64,000 nt of DNA, taken from contig VJWM01000019.1 in the NCBI GenBank assembly GCA_010909165.1, positions 310,001 through 374,000 of the forward strand, read 5' to 3'. Position 1 is the first letter of the stretch. Every line of letters starts with the position of its first letter. This DNA comes from Anthoceros angustus (taxonomy: Eukaryota > Plantae > Anthocerotophyta). Both the position numbers and the translations under genes were made by a program. Below, piece by piece: positions 11,039 to 22,911 of this stretch. The notes below the pieces were generated by a model. The model did not search any database. It was not told the origin of the DNA and worked only from the letters and a program-made list of their open reading frames with translations.

Positions 11039-12070
11039 ATGGGGCCGGTGTCGTGGGCAGCACAGCTAATAGCCAGCGGTCGTGGACGGCTGGAGCAGGA
11101 GTTACTATGCCGGAAGGAAGTCATTCAGAGGAATGTGGAATTCCTCACCGCCAAGCCATCTGCTGAGGATGCAAGGCTTCACGGGGTAGCAAATGCACAT
11201 CTGCAGTCAACCAGTTCCAAGTCAGGTTACGACGGCGACGATCATGTGGTTCCAGGCGCCATCTCCGTGGAGCTGGGGGCCACTTCCACAGAGCCAGCTA
11301 ATCCCCAAGGTGTCAGAGTTTCCGCCCGGGAAAGGTTGGAGCTTCAGGTGATGCAGCTCCTTGCATCCCCACAAGCATTTTCGGAGGAGGACCGGAGAAG
11401 ATTGCTGCTGGAGGTGGTGGAGTTCCTGGGCTCTTCGTCTTCGGATGACAACCCCACACTCCATGCAACCCCTTCTCGAACCAGGTTCCACCCTGCGCAT
11501 CTTCCCCTCTCAGCGTCTCCCCTCAGCTCCTTGCCGCTGCACCCACCCCTTATGCATGCGCAACTGGAGCAACCTGATGCAGCCACTCATTCATCCTTTG
11601 AGGTTGGCTTGCTCTCAGAGCGTTCCATACTGGCACTCGAGGAGGAGGTGACAAGTGGGAGGAGGCGGGATTTGGTCACTGGCGAGTTTGTAGTACCTTC
11701 AATGCCGTCAACTCCCGCGTTAATTGCTGCAGAAGTTGATCCACCAGCTCGCAAACCTCTTCTGGACATTGAGGTTGTGAGGCGGCGTCTACGCAGAGTG
11801 ATGCAAGTTTTCGACAGGTTCCGCCGATTTGGGCTTCCGGAGACCTCTCTGGAAAACAAGCTGCCCTGGCATTATCCCCGGGCGCCATTCCTCGCCAGAG
11901 GACTGCAGTGGCCCCCGGAACACTTTGCTTCCGAGAAGGAAAGGATAGAATTTAACAGAAGAGCCCGGATGAAGAGAAAGTTCTTGCTCGGAACACCACC
12001 CACCTGGACCTTCGCGTTGGCCAACCTCGCATTGATCGCTGTCCTTGTCCATAACCCGACTGCATTGTGA
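11039..12070 (+). CDS. Hypothetical 343-aa protein, intronless
   Basis: An uninterrupted ATG-initiated 343-codon ORF with natural-looking composition, convergent with MLH1. No family recognised. Confidence 0.55.
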   Translation: MGPVSWAAQLIASGRGRLEQELLCRKEVIQRNVEFLTAKPSAEDARLHGVANAHLQSTSSKSGYDGDDHVVPGAISVELGATSTEPANPQGVRVSARERLELQVMQLLASPQAFSEEDRRRLLLEVVEFLGSSSSDDNPTLHATPSRTRFHPAHLPLSASPLSSLPLHPPLMHAQLEQPDAATHSSFEVGLLSERSILALEEEVTSGRRRDLVTGEFVVPSMPSTPALIAAEVDPPARKPLLDIEVVRRRLRRVMQVFDRFRRFGLPETSLENKLPWHYPRAPFLARGLQWPPEHFASEKERIEFNRRARMKRKFLLGTPPTWTFALANLALIAVLVHNPTAL

Positions 12071-12420
12071 GCATTTCAATGCTGTCAGCACTATCCACCG
12101 TCTCCGTGCTACATGGCCTAGTCCATACCGTTTATCGTCATGTTTTCCTCACTGACTACGTGAGCCTGCCTGTGGTTGACCTGCTTAAACCCTTCCTTCA
12201 TCATATGTCCTACACCATGTGTACAGAATACAGCTTTCAGTTTATCAATGAAGCCAGCAACCATTTATTCATCGAGATCAGATCTCTACTGTAAAGCTTC
12301 AGCCCTTGAGTTTTGAAAGTGCTGAACACCTTTTCTGTTGTACAGCGGACTTATGGGTTTATCCAGGGCGAGACTGGTTGCTTTAAACCCTTCTGTGCTG
12401 ATCTTTGCTCTTCACCAGCG

Positions 12421-15400
12421 CTAGCACCTCTCAAAAATCTTATAGAGATTTTCCAAACAAGCTACCTGTCAAACCCCAAAGGATCAGAAACGTTTCCAAG
12501 AAGAGAAGACAAGGTTGGTGACCCACAAAACTAACCTGCATAGCTGTTCCATCATCAGCCATGTGACCTGGTGGCTTCAGAAAGAGTTTCATGGCAGGAA
12601 ATAAAACATGTTGTATATTCCACTCTCGATGAGCCCACGCTTTCTCTGCTTCTTGCACCAGCTCCACCACTTCTTCTTCAAACTGGTCTGCGGCACCACA
12701 TACCCAATGCCATACAGCTGAAAACTCCCGACAATACCAGCTTTCTCGTTACGTTAGCATGTCAGTCCTACAAACTGATCCCAAACCAATGTTGGCAATG
12801 ACATTTTGCAAACGAGCTTGCCTGGTGCAAGTCGGTCCCCTTCATCTTTTGCATCATTCGAAATTCTGAAGGACTCCACCATGTTATTAAACTTCTCTTT
12901 GTGCTCAGACGGATGGGGTAGAAGAGGTGGATACATTGCATAGAAATGAGCAACTGCAGCTGCAAAAGACTCAAAGCACTCCTTCTCGCTCTCCCAGTCC
13001 ACCTGCCAGCATCAGTGCGTTGTCAGTGCTCCTCTCAACTGACAACATGCTGGACAAAATTGGCACAATATTCCATGCCTTGCCTAAAGCGACAGCTGTC
13101 AAGTTATGCCACAAGGATCTTACATTGTTACCAAGTTCCAAGATGAATTGAGGGAGACGGTCCATATCCGGAGCATATTGATCCAAGACGACAGGCAGGG
13201 ATAACAGGTTCCCATTGCCATCAATCTCAATTGCAAAATACTCCAGGAGCATTTCAGCCTTACACACAAGCAATTCTGCATTCAGCTGCGAGCAGGCACA
13301 CTTGATAAGACAACAGATGAGCAGGAGCAACAGTCTCCCTAGTTCTCCCAAAATATATGCCCACTTTGTGTAAACAAGAAGGACTAGACATACTTGTGCA
13401 ATCTGATCTTTTGGGCCATCACTTTCATGCCATCGGCCAGCATGCTCCTCTTCGTCCAGAGCAAGCATTAAGAGATTGACAAGAGGAGCCGGATTGCTGA
13501 GGCGCATTGCATTGAAATGGCTAAAGCGTCTCAGAACCTGTTGATACATCAGTTCCTTGCTGCAAGCACAAAAGTAGTCTGAGCAAAGGAATTGAACTTT
13601 CTACAAGTACGTTGACCAACATCGCAACCTCCTGTCGCCACCAGACAGGGTTTGAAAAGACTTCCCTCGAAATAATATCAGACTGTGCTACTGTGAGTAG
13701 TACAATACCTGAGACTTACAACATTAATGAGGTAAAGGCGCGTCTTATATTGGGTGAGAGCCAAAACTTCATCGGCCATTCCCACATATGTGCCGTGTTT
13801 AACAATATCCAAGAGACCTATAAGGACAGAGATTTATTTGAGGCATGTCATGCAAAATTTACTGATGGAACAGCAAAGCACATAAGGAACATGAAACTGC
13901 TAGAGCTCCACGTGAAGACAAGCTACAGCAGTATCGAACCTCCGTGTGTTTTTTTATCAATTGAGGCTAAAAGCTCTTGAATACTTGTCAATTCAGCACT
14001 CTCCTTCGGGTTACGCCTTTGCCTCACTGCCTTTCTGATTTCAGTTGATGACAGACGAATACTATAGATAATTCACAGTCTACCCAGTAATCACCAAGAC
14101 CGAGCTGAGTGCAAACGAAATCTCTTCATCACAAACCACTGCCAGGCGTACCTTATAGCTACCAGATCCCCTTCAGTGCCCCCAGCTACCGCAGGTTTCT
14201 TATGCAGAAAGGCATGCATTCTTCCTGCTGGATTCAGGGCATCTGTTCGAACAAGCTTGTTCACAGGTGCTTTCTGGCTCATCCCCTTCTGACTTGCCAG
14301 CCTTGATGATAGGGTTCCTAAACAGCCACCATACGCCCAATTTGTCGGCTGCTGTGAACAACTTCATGGCAAGCATCACCAGACAATGGTGGTACGTGGT
14401 AGGACTCACACGAGCAAGCAGAGTGGATAACATGTGCATTACAGTTACCTTGAACTGGTGGAACGCTCTTCTCTTCTTCCGAGGCGGGTACACTGGATGC
14501 TCCTGGAAGTATTGTCTGCAACAGAGTCCATGTCTTCATTGAACAGACCTTTTGAAGGGCTTGTAAAAGAGAAATTCAGCATGCTGAGTTGCTCACCTGT
14601 GTTAGAAAGGTTCTCGATGTGTTTGAATCCATCAGCCGTTCCTCCACTGCCTTCTGGATGCTCTCAATCAAGACCTCCTGATTCAGAAAGCTAACCTGGA
14701 ACCCAAACCCAAAGTAAGAATGGTGCTCATCCGAGAGTTTCACTTCCGATAGCTCAACACCATGATATTACCTCTCGCTTGGTAGGATGGACATTGACAT
14801 CTACGTGCTCACAAGGCAACGTGATTGCCATGTACACAAACGGTTTCGATGCCTTGGGAAGTATAGCTGTGTAGACAACTTCAATCGCTCTTTTCAAAGG
14901 TGCACATTCTACCAGACGATCTGGACAAAGACAGTGATTAGGTCTAACCCTAGTAATGAGTCACGTCAATAAGACATTCAATGGCGAGACTAATATACCA
15001 TTAATGAAAAGGACCATCACAGTTTTCTTGGCATTGTAATTGGCACTTGACACAAAGCCTTCCATCCCAAAAATCTTGCCACCTAACCCATTCTCTTCCG
15101 CAGATATGGGCATAAGCTCCCTGGCAACTGCTTGGCCGTAAACAGCACGAATTGCATCTGTTTGTGACCCGTTTCCACTAGTATTTACATCTCCTCTTTT
15201 CTCTCCAAACTGTATAACCAAGCAACGGGTCATGGCAGATGAGCTCCAGGTGATCAAACAAAACAGCTGGTGCTTTCAGAGACATAACACAGAGTGTGCT
15301 GGGCAAGCACTGACCTTCTTGCAAGTAAAGCTCACATTAGTCTTTTGAACCGCATAACGGCTTATGACATCGATAACTCGGCTGTACTCTTCGCTTGGAC

Positions 15401-16222
15401 TTTTGAAAGCTTTTTTTCGAGCAGCCACATTGTAGAACAAATCTTCGACCTTGAAGAACAACCAAAGATTCATCAGCTGACTATTTCGCCTGCATAAAGA
15501 AGCTCTGCTTGAAGCTCAAGCCAAAAATCTTGAAAATGGCATACAGTGATTTGCGTTCCTTTGACAGCTGCACAGGGTCGAGGCTCTCCCTCCATTTTCC
15601 CATCCTTGTATGCGATTCTGTTCACAGAGCGGCCATGAACCAATTCCAGCGGGCTTAAAAAAATGACTTGAGCCATTCTGGAAGCCAATCTCAGAAAGAG
15701 CCCAATCAAAAGCATCGGTAGGGCAGTTTGCACCTGTATCCATGAATTTGGCCCTCTGTCATGGTGGTTACGGACAAAAGTGCCACAAACGAAATGCTAG
15801 CTAAAGCCTCCCCTCTGAATCCAAGGGTACTGATGGTCTGCAAATCTTCAAACTCCTGTAACTTCGATGTGGTATGTCTCTCACAAAGTATAGGCAAATC
15901 TTCATACTGCAAAGGCCATTCAACATCACGTAACCAGGTCAGTACAACAATGATCTACAGCAGCTCCATGCTGCAGGACGAGGTCCAATACCCGAATGCC
16001 GTGGCCGTTGTCGGTGATCTGGATATACTTAAGGCCACCGTCCTTTACTACCACGCTTATGACGGTAGCACCAGCATCTAAGCTGTTCTCCAGGAGCTCC
16101 TTCAACGCAGACGACGGTCTCTGAATAACCTCCCCAGCTGCAATTCTGTTCACTACGTTTTCTGCAAGCCGCCTAATTGGCCTAGGAAGCGCCTCCTCCA
16201 TTTGCAAGTCTTCAACTTCCAT
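12421..16222 (-). CDS. MLH1: DNA mismatch repair protein MLH1 (multi-exon)
   Basis: N-terminal [36 protein letters not shown]...DNGHGIR; [13 protein letters not shown]; VEDLFYN; internal VRTD; C-terminal [15 protein letters not shown] with TAG at 12421-12423. Many short GT-AG introns. Confidence 0.97.
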
Positions 16223-16382
16223 TGCAGCGCCTCCAGGAGCACGCACCACGTGCCATCAAAGGCTCGGACGTTGCATGAGCGGGAAAGCGAAGTAACCGAA
16301 TGGTCATTTGCACAGACCGGCTGTTAAGGTAACCACCGTTAAGAGAAATAGGTGTGCCACGCCAATGACTTTTTATTACGTA

Positions 16383-18704
16383 TTATCCATTCTCCTCATC
16401 CTCATCGTCTCTCTGAACGGTGTCTCGTGCACCAGTTTTCCTACTGAGACGATCATTAGAGCCTTGAACTCTTGCTTGCTGCCTTCTTGCGAACGGATTA
16501 TTCAAGCTGTCTGGGCCAGGTTCTTCTGTGAAGCTATCTCGCCCATTACTCCCGGAGTACCTTCGGTTTGACATATACATGTCTGCAACTTCTTGAGCCC
16601 GGGAGAACTCTGCTCTGCTTAGCTGTTGCTTACCCATGTCTCTCTGAGAGGGCCTTCTCCTGACAGACTTCAGCACGAGCCTGTCATCGATCTTGCCTCC
16701 CTTTGACAGGGTTTTATCCCCTGAGAATTTGCCCCATAATCCCTGCACGCCGTGATTGAGCATTGGTAAGCAGGATATGAAAAGCAGGCATTCCGCTGCC
16801 GGCAAGATCCTCCAAAAACAGTTCCATATGTATGTCACCAACCTTAGTCAAGACCTGCATTCGTTTCTCTGCCCCTGTCCGTACAAGCAGGCATTCTTCT
16901 CCAACTTCAACAATTTCACCTATCGGAAGTGAGAACGTGCTAACCTGCAACAATGACCAGTTATAATCTTTTGGACTTAGGAGGGAAGCATGAGATGGAC
17001 CTGAATGGTATCCCCTCAAGTAAGTAATAACTCACCACACTTGCAGGGATAAGAGGAACACCAAAGCTGTCGAACTCCAAGGCCAGTACCCCACCGTTCT
17101 CGATGTTGAAGTCGAAGTCCCGAACCTGAAAGCCAGAAATCAGACGTCTTGCTAGACTGCTCAGAGGGGATCCTGATAGAGTGAGCAAGTAAATGCATCC
17201 CCTCACCTTCCCCAAATAAAGAGCACTCTCAGTGAAAATATCAAAGCCCACCTACAGCAAGAAGCAGATAATTAGATGTCGAAGGGGGAGCCAATCATCA
17301 TGAGATTTCTTTCTTCCTGCCTCATATAACAAGATACTTACAAGAGGCTCACAGCCTGTCCAGTCGAGCTCTCCTTCTAGTACATCCTCATTTGGCACCA
17401 AGATCACATCGCCAACCTGGTAACGTTCATGTGAGGCAAGAATGAATGACACAAACTGGCGATGCAGGGTACGCGAAAGGATAAAGACCAACCTGACTCA
17501 AGTTTTGAAGCAAGATAGCGTCTACCAGCCCGAAGAGCATGCTGGGTCTGACCTCAACTGCCACAACCTTCCACTGCAGCATCAAGTAGATGGTATCACG
17601 GTTCAATTCACAACAAGAAACCGAGTGACGATAACACCTCCTAAGAACATGAAGTAGCTTCAGACTTACCGTCTGCACGTCTGTCCACATTTGCACCACA
17701 AACCCCAAACTCATAGCAGAATCTTGGCTGATGACTTGCTTGGCAATCATACTAGACCTGGTCATGACAGGGCCATCGGGAAACCTTGCTAGACTGTTAT
17801 CGACTTTTCTGATGGCTTTCCAGCCACTCGGAGACACAACATCCCTATCCTTGGACCGAAAATTCATTCCCCCTTTTGCCTCCAAACTCTCTCTCTCTTT
17901 CTGCTCCTGCTCCATGGCTTGCAGTCGTCTCCTTATCAAATCCTCCTTATCTCGTCCAATTTCCCTGTCAGAACTCCTCCTGTCAGAAGTCCTCCGACCA
18001 GACGCTTCACCACCATCAACACCTTCTCTCACAGACACCTGCCTGCGATTCGAATTCACATTTCTACTCGCTATTTCATCACCCTCACGCCAAAAATCAT
18101 CCACCCAATTCCAGCTTGTGTCTTCAAACAACTCCTCCTCTTCATCCTTAAACTTCCTGCCTGCCCTCCGCTGCTGATCTCCTATACCTGCTCTCTCACC
18201 CCCCCTGCTGCCTTCTCTCTGGGGCATCTCCACATCCAAAAACCCACCCAGCTTCCCATTCTCAGACGATGCCACTCCCTCACGCCCATGCCCACCCATG
18301 TGGCTGTCCCCGCCATTCCCCTTCCCATTCTCCATAAAACTGGTAGACACATCTCCAGGACCCACGTCATTCCTCAAGTTCTGCTCCGGTGAACATTGTT
18401 GGAACAACGTATTGAACTTGTCCCAGTTCTTAACCTCATTTCCAATGTCTCCAGCAGCAGCAGCAGCAGAAGCAGGGAATTTGCCTCCAGAATCAACATC
18501 AAAAACCTCCGAAGACTGACTCCTGCTGCAGCTGCAGCTGCAGCTGCTGCCCCATCGCCTGCTCCTCCCGGGATTCCCCAACGAGACCCAGCTCTCCCCC
18601 AGCTCACCTTTCCGCCCAGAATTCACCTGGCTTCTATGATTCAACAAAACCAGTCCTCTGCCTTGCCCATCCGGCACAAACAAAACAGAGCTCAGAGCCC
18701 GCAT
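16383..18704 (-). CDS. PRC-barrel domain protein, probably plastid-targeted (multi-exon)
   Basis: Spliced exons give TRSSMIAKQVISQDSAMSLGFVVQMWTD|WKVVAVEVRPS..|VGDVILVPNEDVL..|VGFDIFTE..YLGK|VRDFDFNIENG...FDSFGVPLIPASVVSYY, the tandem PRC-barrel pattern of the plant/cyanobacterial family. The long N-terminus is Ser-rich. Start codon chosen by inference. Confidence 0.8.
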
Positions 18705-19044
18705 GCCTCCCGATTCACAGCACCACCGAAGTCCCAAAATGCCGGAATCCGAAATGCCGTTGCCGACCACCAGCCGATGGAGCTGATGCCTGAAGGGCGA
18801 AGGGAAGAGCCTGGGACCCACTCACGGACAAATATCATGCGCCATCCGGGGAGGCGAACCAGCTGCGGATTCGAGCAGCATTTCACGACTGCAACTTCTG
18901 TTGCCTTGTGTTCCAGTTACTGCACCGGAACCCCTGTAGTTGGTGGATCGCTAACAGAGGAGTATTAGCGAGGGAGGTGGGTTTGCGTGCGGTTTGCGGT
19001 GGTGGCCTTGGGTTCACGGATCTGAGCAGCAGCAGCAGGCAGCC

Positions 19045-19543
19045 ATGTTTTTGAGGCGGCTGGCTGGGCCGCTGCGGGCGAGCGTGAAGGAGTCGACGGG
19101 TCTGGTGGGCTTGGCAGTGGTGCCCAACGCCCGGGAGGTGCTCATCGGCTTGTACAAGCAAACGCTGGACGCGGTGAAGACCATCCCGGAGTCGGCGCAG
19201 TACAGGAAGACCGTGGAGGAGTTCACCAGGTCCCGCCTGCGGGTGTGCGAGGAGGAGGAGGACTGGCAGAAGATCGAAGCCCGCATCCGCGACGGCCAGG
19301 TGGAGGAGCTCATCGAGGCCGCCAAGGACGAGCTCGACCTCATTCCCAGGATGGCCGGTACGTGATGCTAGCCTAGGGTTACTGCCTTGTAATCAAAGCG
19401 GATGTGCCGGGCGCCTTGTGATCATGTCGCTGGATCGGTGTGCAGAGTGGAAGCCGTGGGATGTTCCAGCGGATTACAAGGTGGAGATCATCGAGAACAA
19501 GGATGAGATTCCCGCACATGTGCCAACTCACCGATCCTCGTGA
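19045..19543 (+). CDS. NDUFA5: Mitochondrial complex I subunit B13/NDUFA5 (2 exons)
   Basis: STGLVGLAVVPNAREVLIGLY...GQVEELIEAAKDEL.LIPRM, then an intron (~19358-19445), then EWKPWDVP...; stop at 19541-19543. Confidence 0.95.
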
Positions 19544-20989
19544 GGCAGAAGAGACACCTTGTGTTCTGCATCAACCTGCATTTCCTTGCTCCATCCTTGA
19601 CGCGCTACTGTGCAGCAAGACAGCCTGGTGGAAGAAGCAACATCCTTTGAAGCATCTTGCAGTCGATCCGTAGCTTTGAAGTGCAGGGTAAAGACGTGTA
19701 TGTGCTGGATTAGGAGGTGTCCGGGATTACCGTCTGTATACCGAGCAAGCTGCTTCAGGGCTCAATTTCTGAGCTTGTTCATGTTTGACAGACTAGAGAT
19801 GCTGCTTTTTTCTTCGTGAGACTAGAATTGCCCGTGGAAGGAAACATGCAGAAGAAAGCACCTGATCCTCCAGCTCGCTCTGCTGCTGTGGTGAAGTTGC
19901 CATCTGGCAGGCGTTTTGAAGAAAGAAAGTCCTCAGCAGGGGTCCCTTAAAACACTAGAAGAATTTGTTACAGTCTTCAATCCTGCCACCAGTGGCCTAG
20001 TGGTAGGAGAACTACACCTGTTACCATGCACACCCGAGTTCGATTCCCGACCGGCGAAGCGATTATGGGAGCTTTCCGCTCCGCTCATCCCTCCCCTCCC
20101 TGGTGCCGGGGCGTTTGGAGAATGCGATGTGCGCATGGAAGTACGACAGCAGGTCGAGAAAGAGGACCTCTGAACGGAATCATAAGACTTGACATTACTG
20201 GAACACAACCTGGATCAAATGCTACCTGACCCGGCACGACTACATGTGTTGACTGTTGCCCTAGAGGGAGGCACGTCCTGAGATGTAGTCCGTCCACTTT
20301 CGTCCGCTCGCCTCCCATCCTCCCGGTGAACGTATGATGAGTCCCGAGGGTGAAGATATCGAAGAGGCATGGGCAATTGTGCAGCCCAAGAGAGTTTGAT
20401 GTCCCAAACAACTTGTCGAGTGCGCTGCAGGTGTCACAAGCATGCAGTTCTGCATGGTGCTTGAGTACATCGAACCGTATTGGTGTACTACAAAGCCCGT
20501 GTGAACAGGATGCGGAATGTCATATCCTTTGTGCTCTAGCAGTGGAGTTCCAGGCCCCTGCCTTCTCTAGCTCAGCTGCTGAGTTGGAGTGGGTATGCTT
20601 GCACGCTCCTCTGTATTACAATCTGTTGGTGTCTTTGATGCTATTGGTGCCTTCAAGACAGAATTTGTGTGTTGGGTGGTTCTGCTCTGGGGCATCACGT
20701 CTGTAGTCTTGGAAAGCTCGTTTGGTTTTGTCGTTCTGGTATTCAGCCATATGTGCTTCCGGCCGTTTTTCAAAATGGTGGAGAGAGAACACGATTAGAA
20801 GGAACGCTTTTCAAGTTCTAGCGAGGATCCTCCACGCTGCCAGAGCTCGCTTGTAAACTGCTGGGTACGAAATCATCATCTTGAAGTCCTCGTTCGTTGT
20901 TCTTAACTTGTGAAAGTGCTGAGTGAGGTTGCCCAGGGATCTTGTTTAGTAGTTTTTGTTTCCAACTGTGGCCTCTTGGCCCTTCTTGG

Positions 20990-21330
20990 CGTCATCCCTG
21001 GTTGATGGAGAGCGGAACGTGTTGGGAACACATTGGGGAGCAGTCCCCTTCGCAAATTGGTTCATGTAAGTCTTGCGAGCGTCCTCCATGCTGCCCACCT
21101 CTTCGCTGGTAAGCTGCTGGCCAGTCAGAGACATCCACTTTCAAATCTTTCTTGGTTTTGCAATTTATGCACGAGCCTGCTTCCTTTTCTGCGAAATCGG
21201 GGTGCGGTGTCCACACATGCCTGAAGGAGGCACACAAATGATACAGAATTGGGTAGAGCGATGCCTTCTTCTTGCATAGCACTGGACAGACGGAAGGCGT
21301 CATGACCCCTTCTTTTTTTGACCAAATCCG
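20990..21330 (-). pseudogene. Degenerate PLS-type PPR fragment
   Basis: AFRLSSAMQEEGIALPNSVSFVCLLQAC followed, across a frameshift, by FES...SSL....GSMEDARK. These are characteristic PLS PPR motif remnants. Confidence 0.6.
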
Positions 21331-22911
21331 CAAACAGTCTCTAAGCAGAGAGACCCATCCCCTTCCCCATCCCCCTCTCCGATCCCAGACTTTGAATTCA
21401 GGTTCAAATTTTCAGGTGTGGTCAATTGCCATTGAGTGTAACTTGTATGCTCTGCTCGTGTTGCTAACACTGAGCAACTTCATTGTTGTTGCATGAGATG
21501 TCCTGCCGCTAGCAGGTAGCTCAAACTTTCACATGCGTGAAGGAAGCACACAAATGTCAGACAATCGGGTGCAACGATGCCACCTTCGTTATCACAGCAT
21601 GGCAGTGTAAAGATTATGGGCTTCCTGACCCATCCCCAGCCAGCAATGCCTTGACTAAGCTTATCACAGAGCGAGTATCGTCTGCAGCATGCTGTTTGCA
21701 GACAGTCAGGTTCGTATTCTCCTCCCGCTGTGACCGATGCGGAGGGATTATGCGTGCGTCTTTGGTTTGCTAAACAGCTGCTTTATTCTGTGCAAGGGAT
21801 TGATGTCTGCTATTGGGAGCCTGGAAAGCGCCGGTCGAAGCTAGAGGTAGCAGGCCCTACATCAGTAATCTTTAGAGTACCCCTAAATGGGTCTCCAAAG
21901 GCGCATGAGAGAGAAACTCAACGTATGGATGTCCTTGGCATGTGAACTACAGCTCAACCTGTGAATATCCAGTAGGACAAACATGGATGTTCATAGGTTG
22001 AGCTTTACGTCATATGCCCAGTATGCGTCCACGGCCATCATCTCATTGAATGACCCTGCCACTGGTGGAAGTCTGGCTTATTCGAGCAGCAACTGGTACA
22101 ATGACATCTGATTTCAGGTTTTCTCACTGGACGATGTGCATGCAAGTCCACTCTAGCTGGCCTGTACGATTATCAAATCACATAGCCCTCCTGGGCCTGC
22201 AGGCTTGCACGCACCTGTTGCCCGGTTTGCAAGTTTCTGGTGCAAACCTCGAAAGCTGCCCATCACATAGCTTCGCACTTGATCTGCGTATCCCATTATC
22301 ACAGTTCGTATGGCGTGCTGTAGTTCCCCGTTCCCCATAAATATAGTTTCCGGCAATATCTTCTGGTCCTGATGAGGGATCGGTTGTGATGGCAAACCAC
22401 GACCGGGAGCCCTAAAGGGAAACTGGGAGCACATCGGAGTGCACAACGGGGCCCCAGAACCATGGTTAAAATCAGGCAATCAGGCAAAACCAGATTCCCA
22501 AACTTTTCAGTTATGTTTCGAGAATGCGGAGCATCCCATCCTGTGTGGAGGCAAGGGTATGAGAGAAGGGAAGCAGAGGTGTCAGGAGCAGACAGGACTA
22601 CGCTTGGCAAGTCCTAATCTGTGGAGATGGCCACCATTGCAGCAGGCTCGTCAGCCAACACCTACTGCTTCCTGGTAAGCTCATGGATTCAATGCAGCCA
22701 GAGTCTTGAGTGCATTCCAGAACCGTTTGTAATGTGCAGAATCCTCGTGGAATGTGATTTACCCAATCCCTGTTGTGGTGTGGTACTGCGAGCATGTGGG
22801 GGCTTTGGTGGGTTTCCAAATGTGGAGGTTCTGGCTGCTTGTCAGTGCTGGAATTTTTGGTTCGCCTTGTGGGGTTGCTTTTCATGTTACAGTGCATCCT
22901 TGAGATGTTGA

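Noticed and set aside
17731-18968. Plus-strand ORFs (e.g. 18396-18968, 17919-18392)
   Set aside because: Antisense shadows of the PRC-barrel gene's long first exon.
21500-22900. Short ORFs including 22153-22479 with a faint PPR-like phrase (TVIMGYAD)
   Set aside because: There is only one weak motif and no consistent exon structure.
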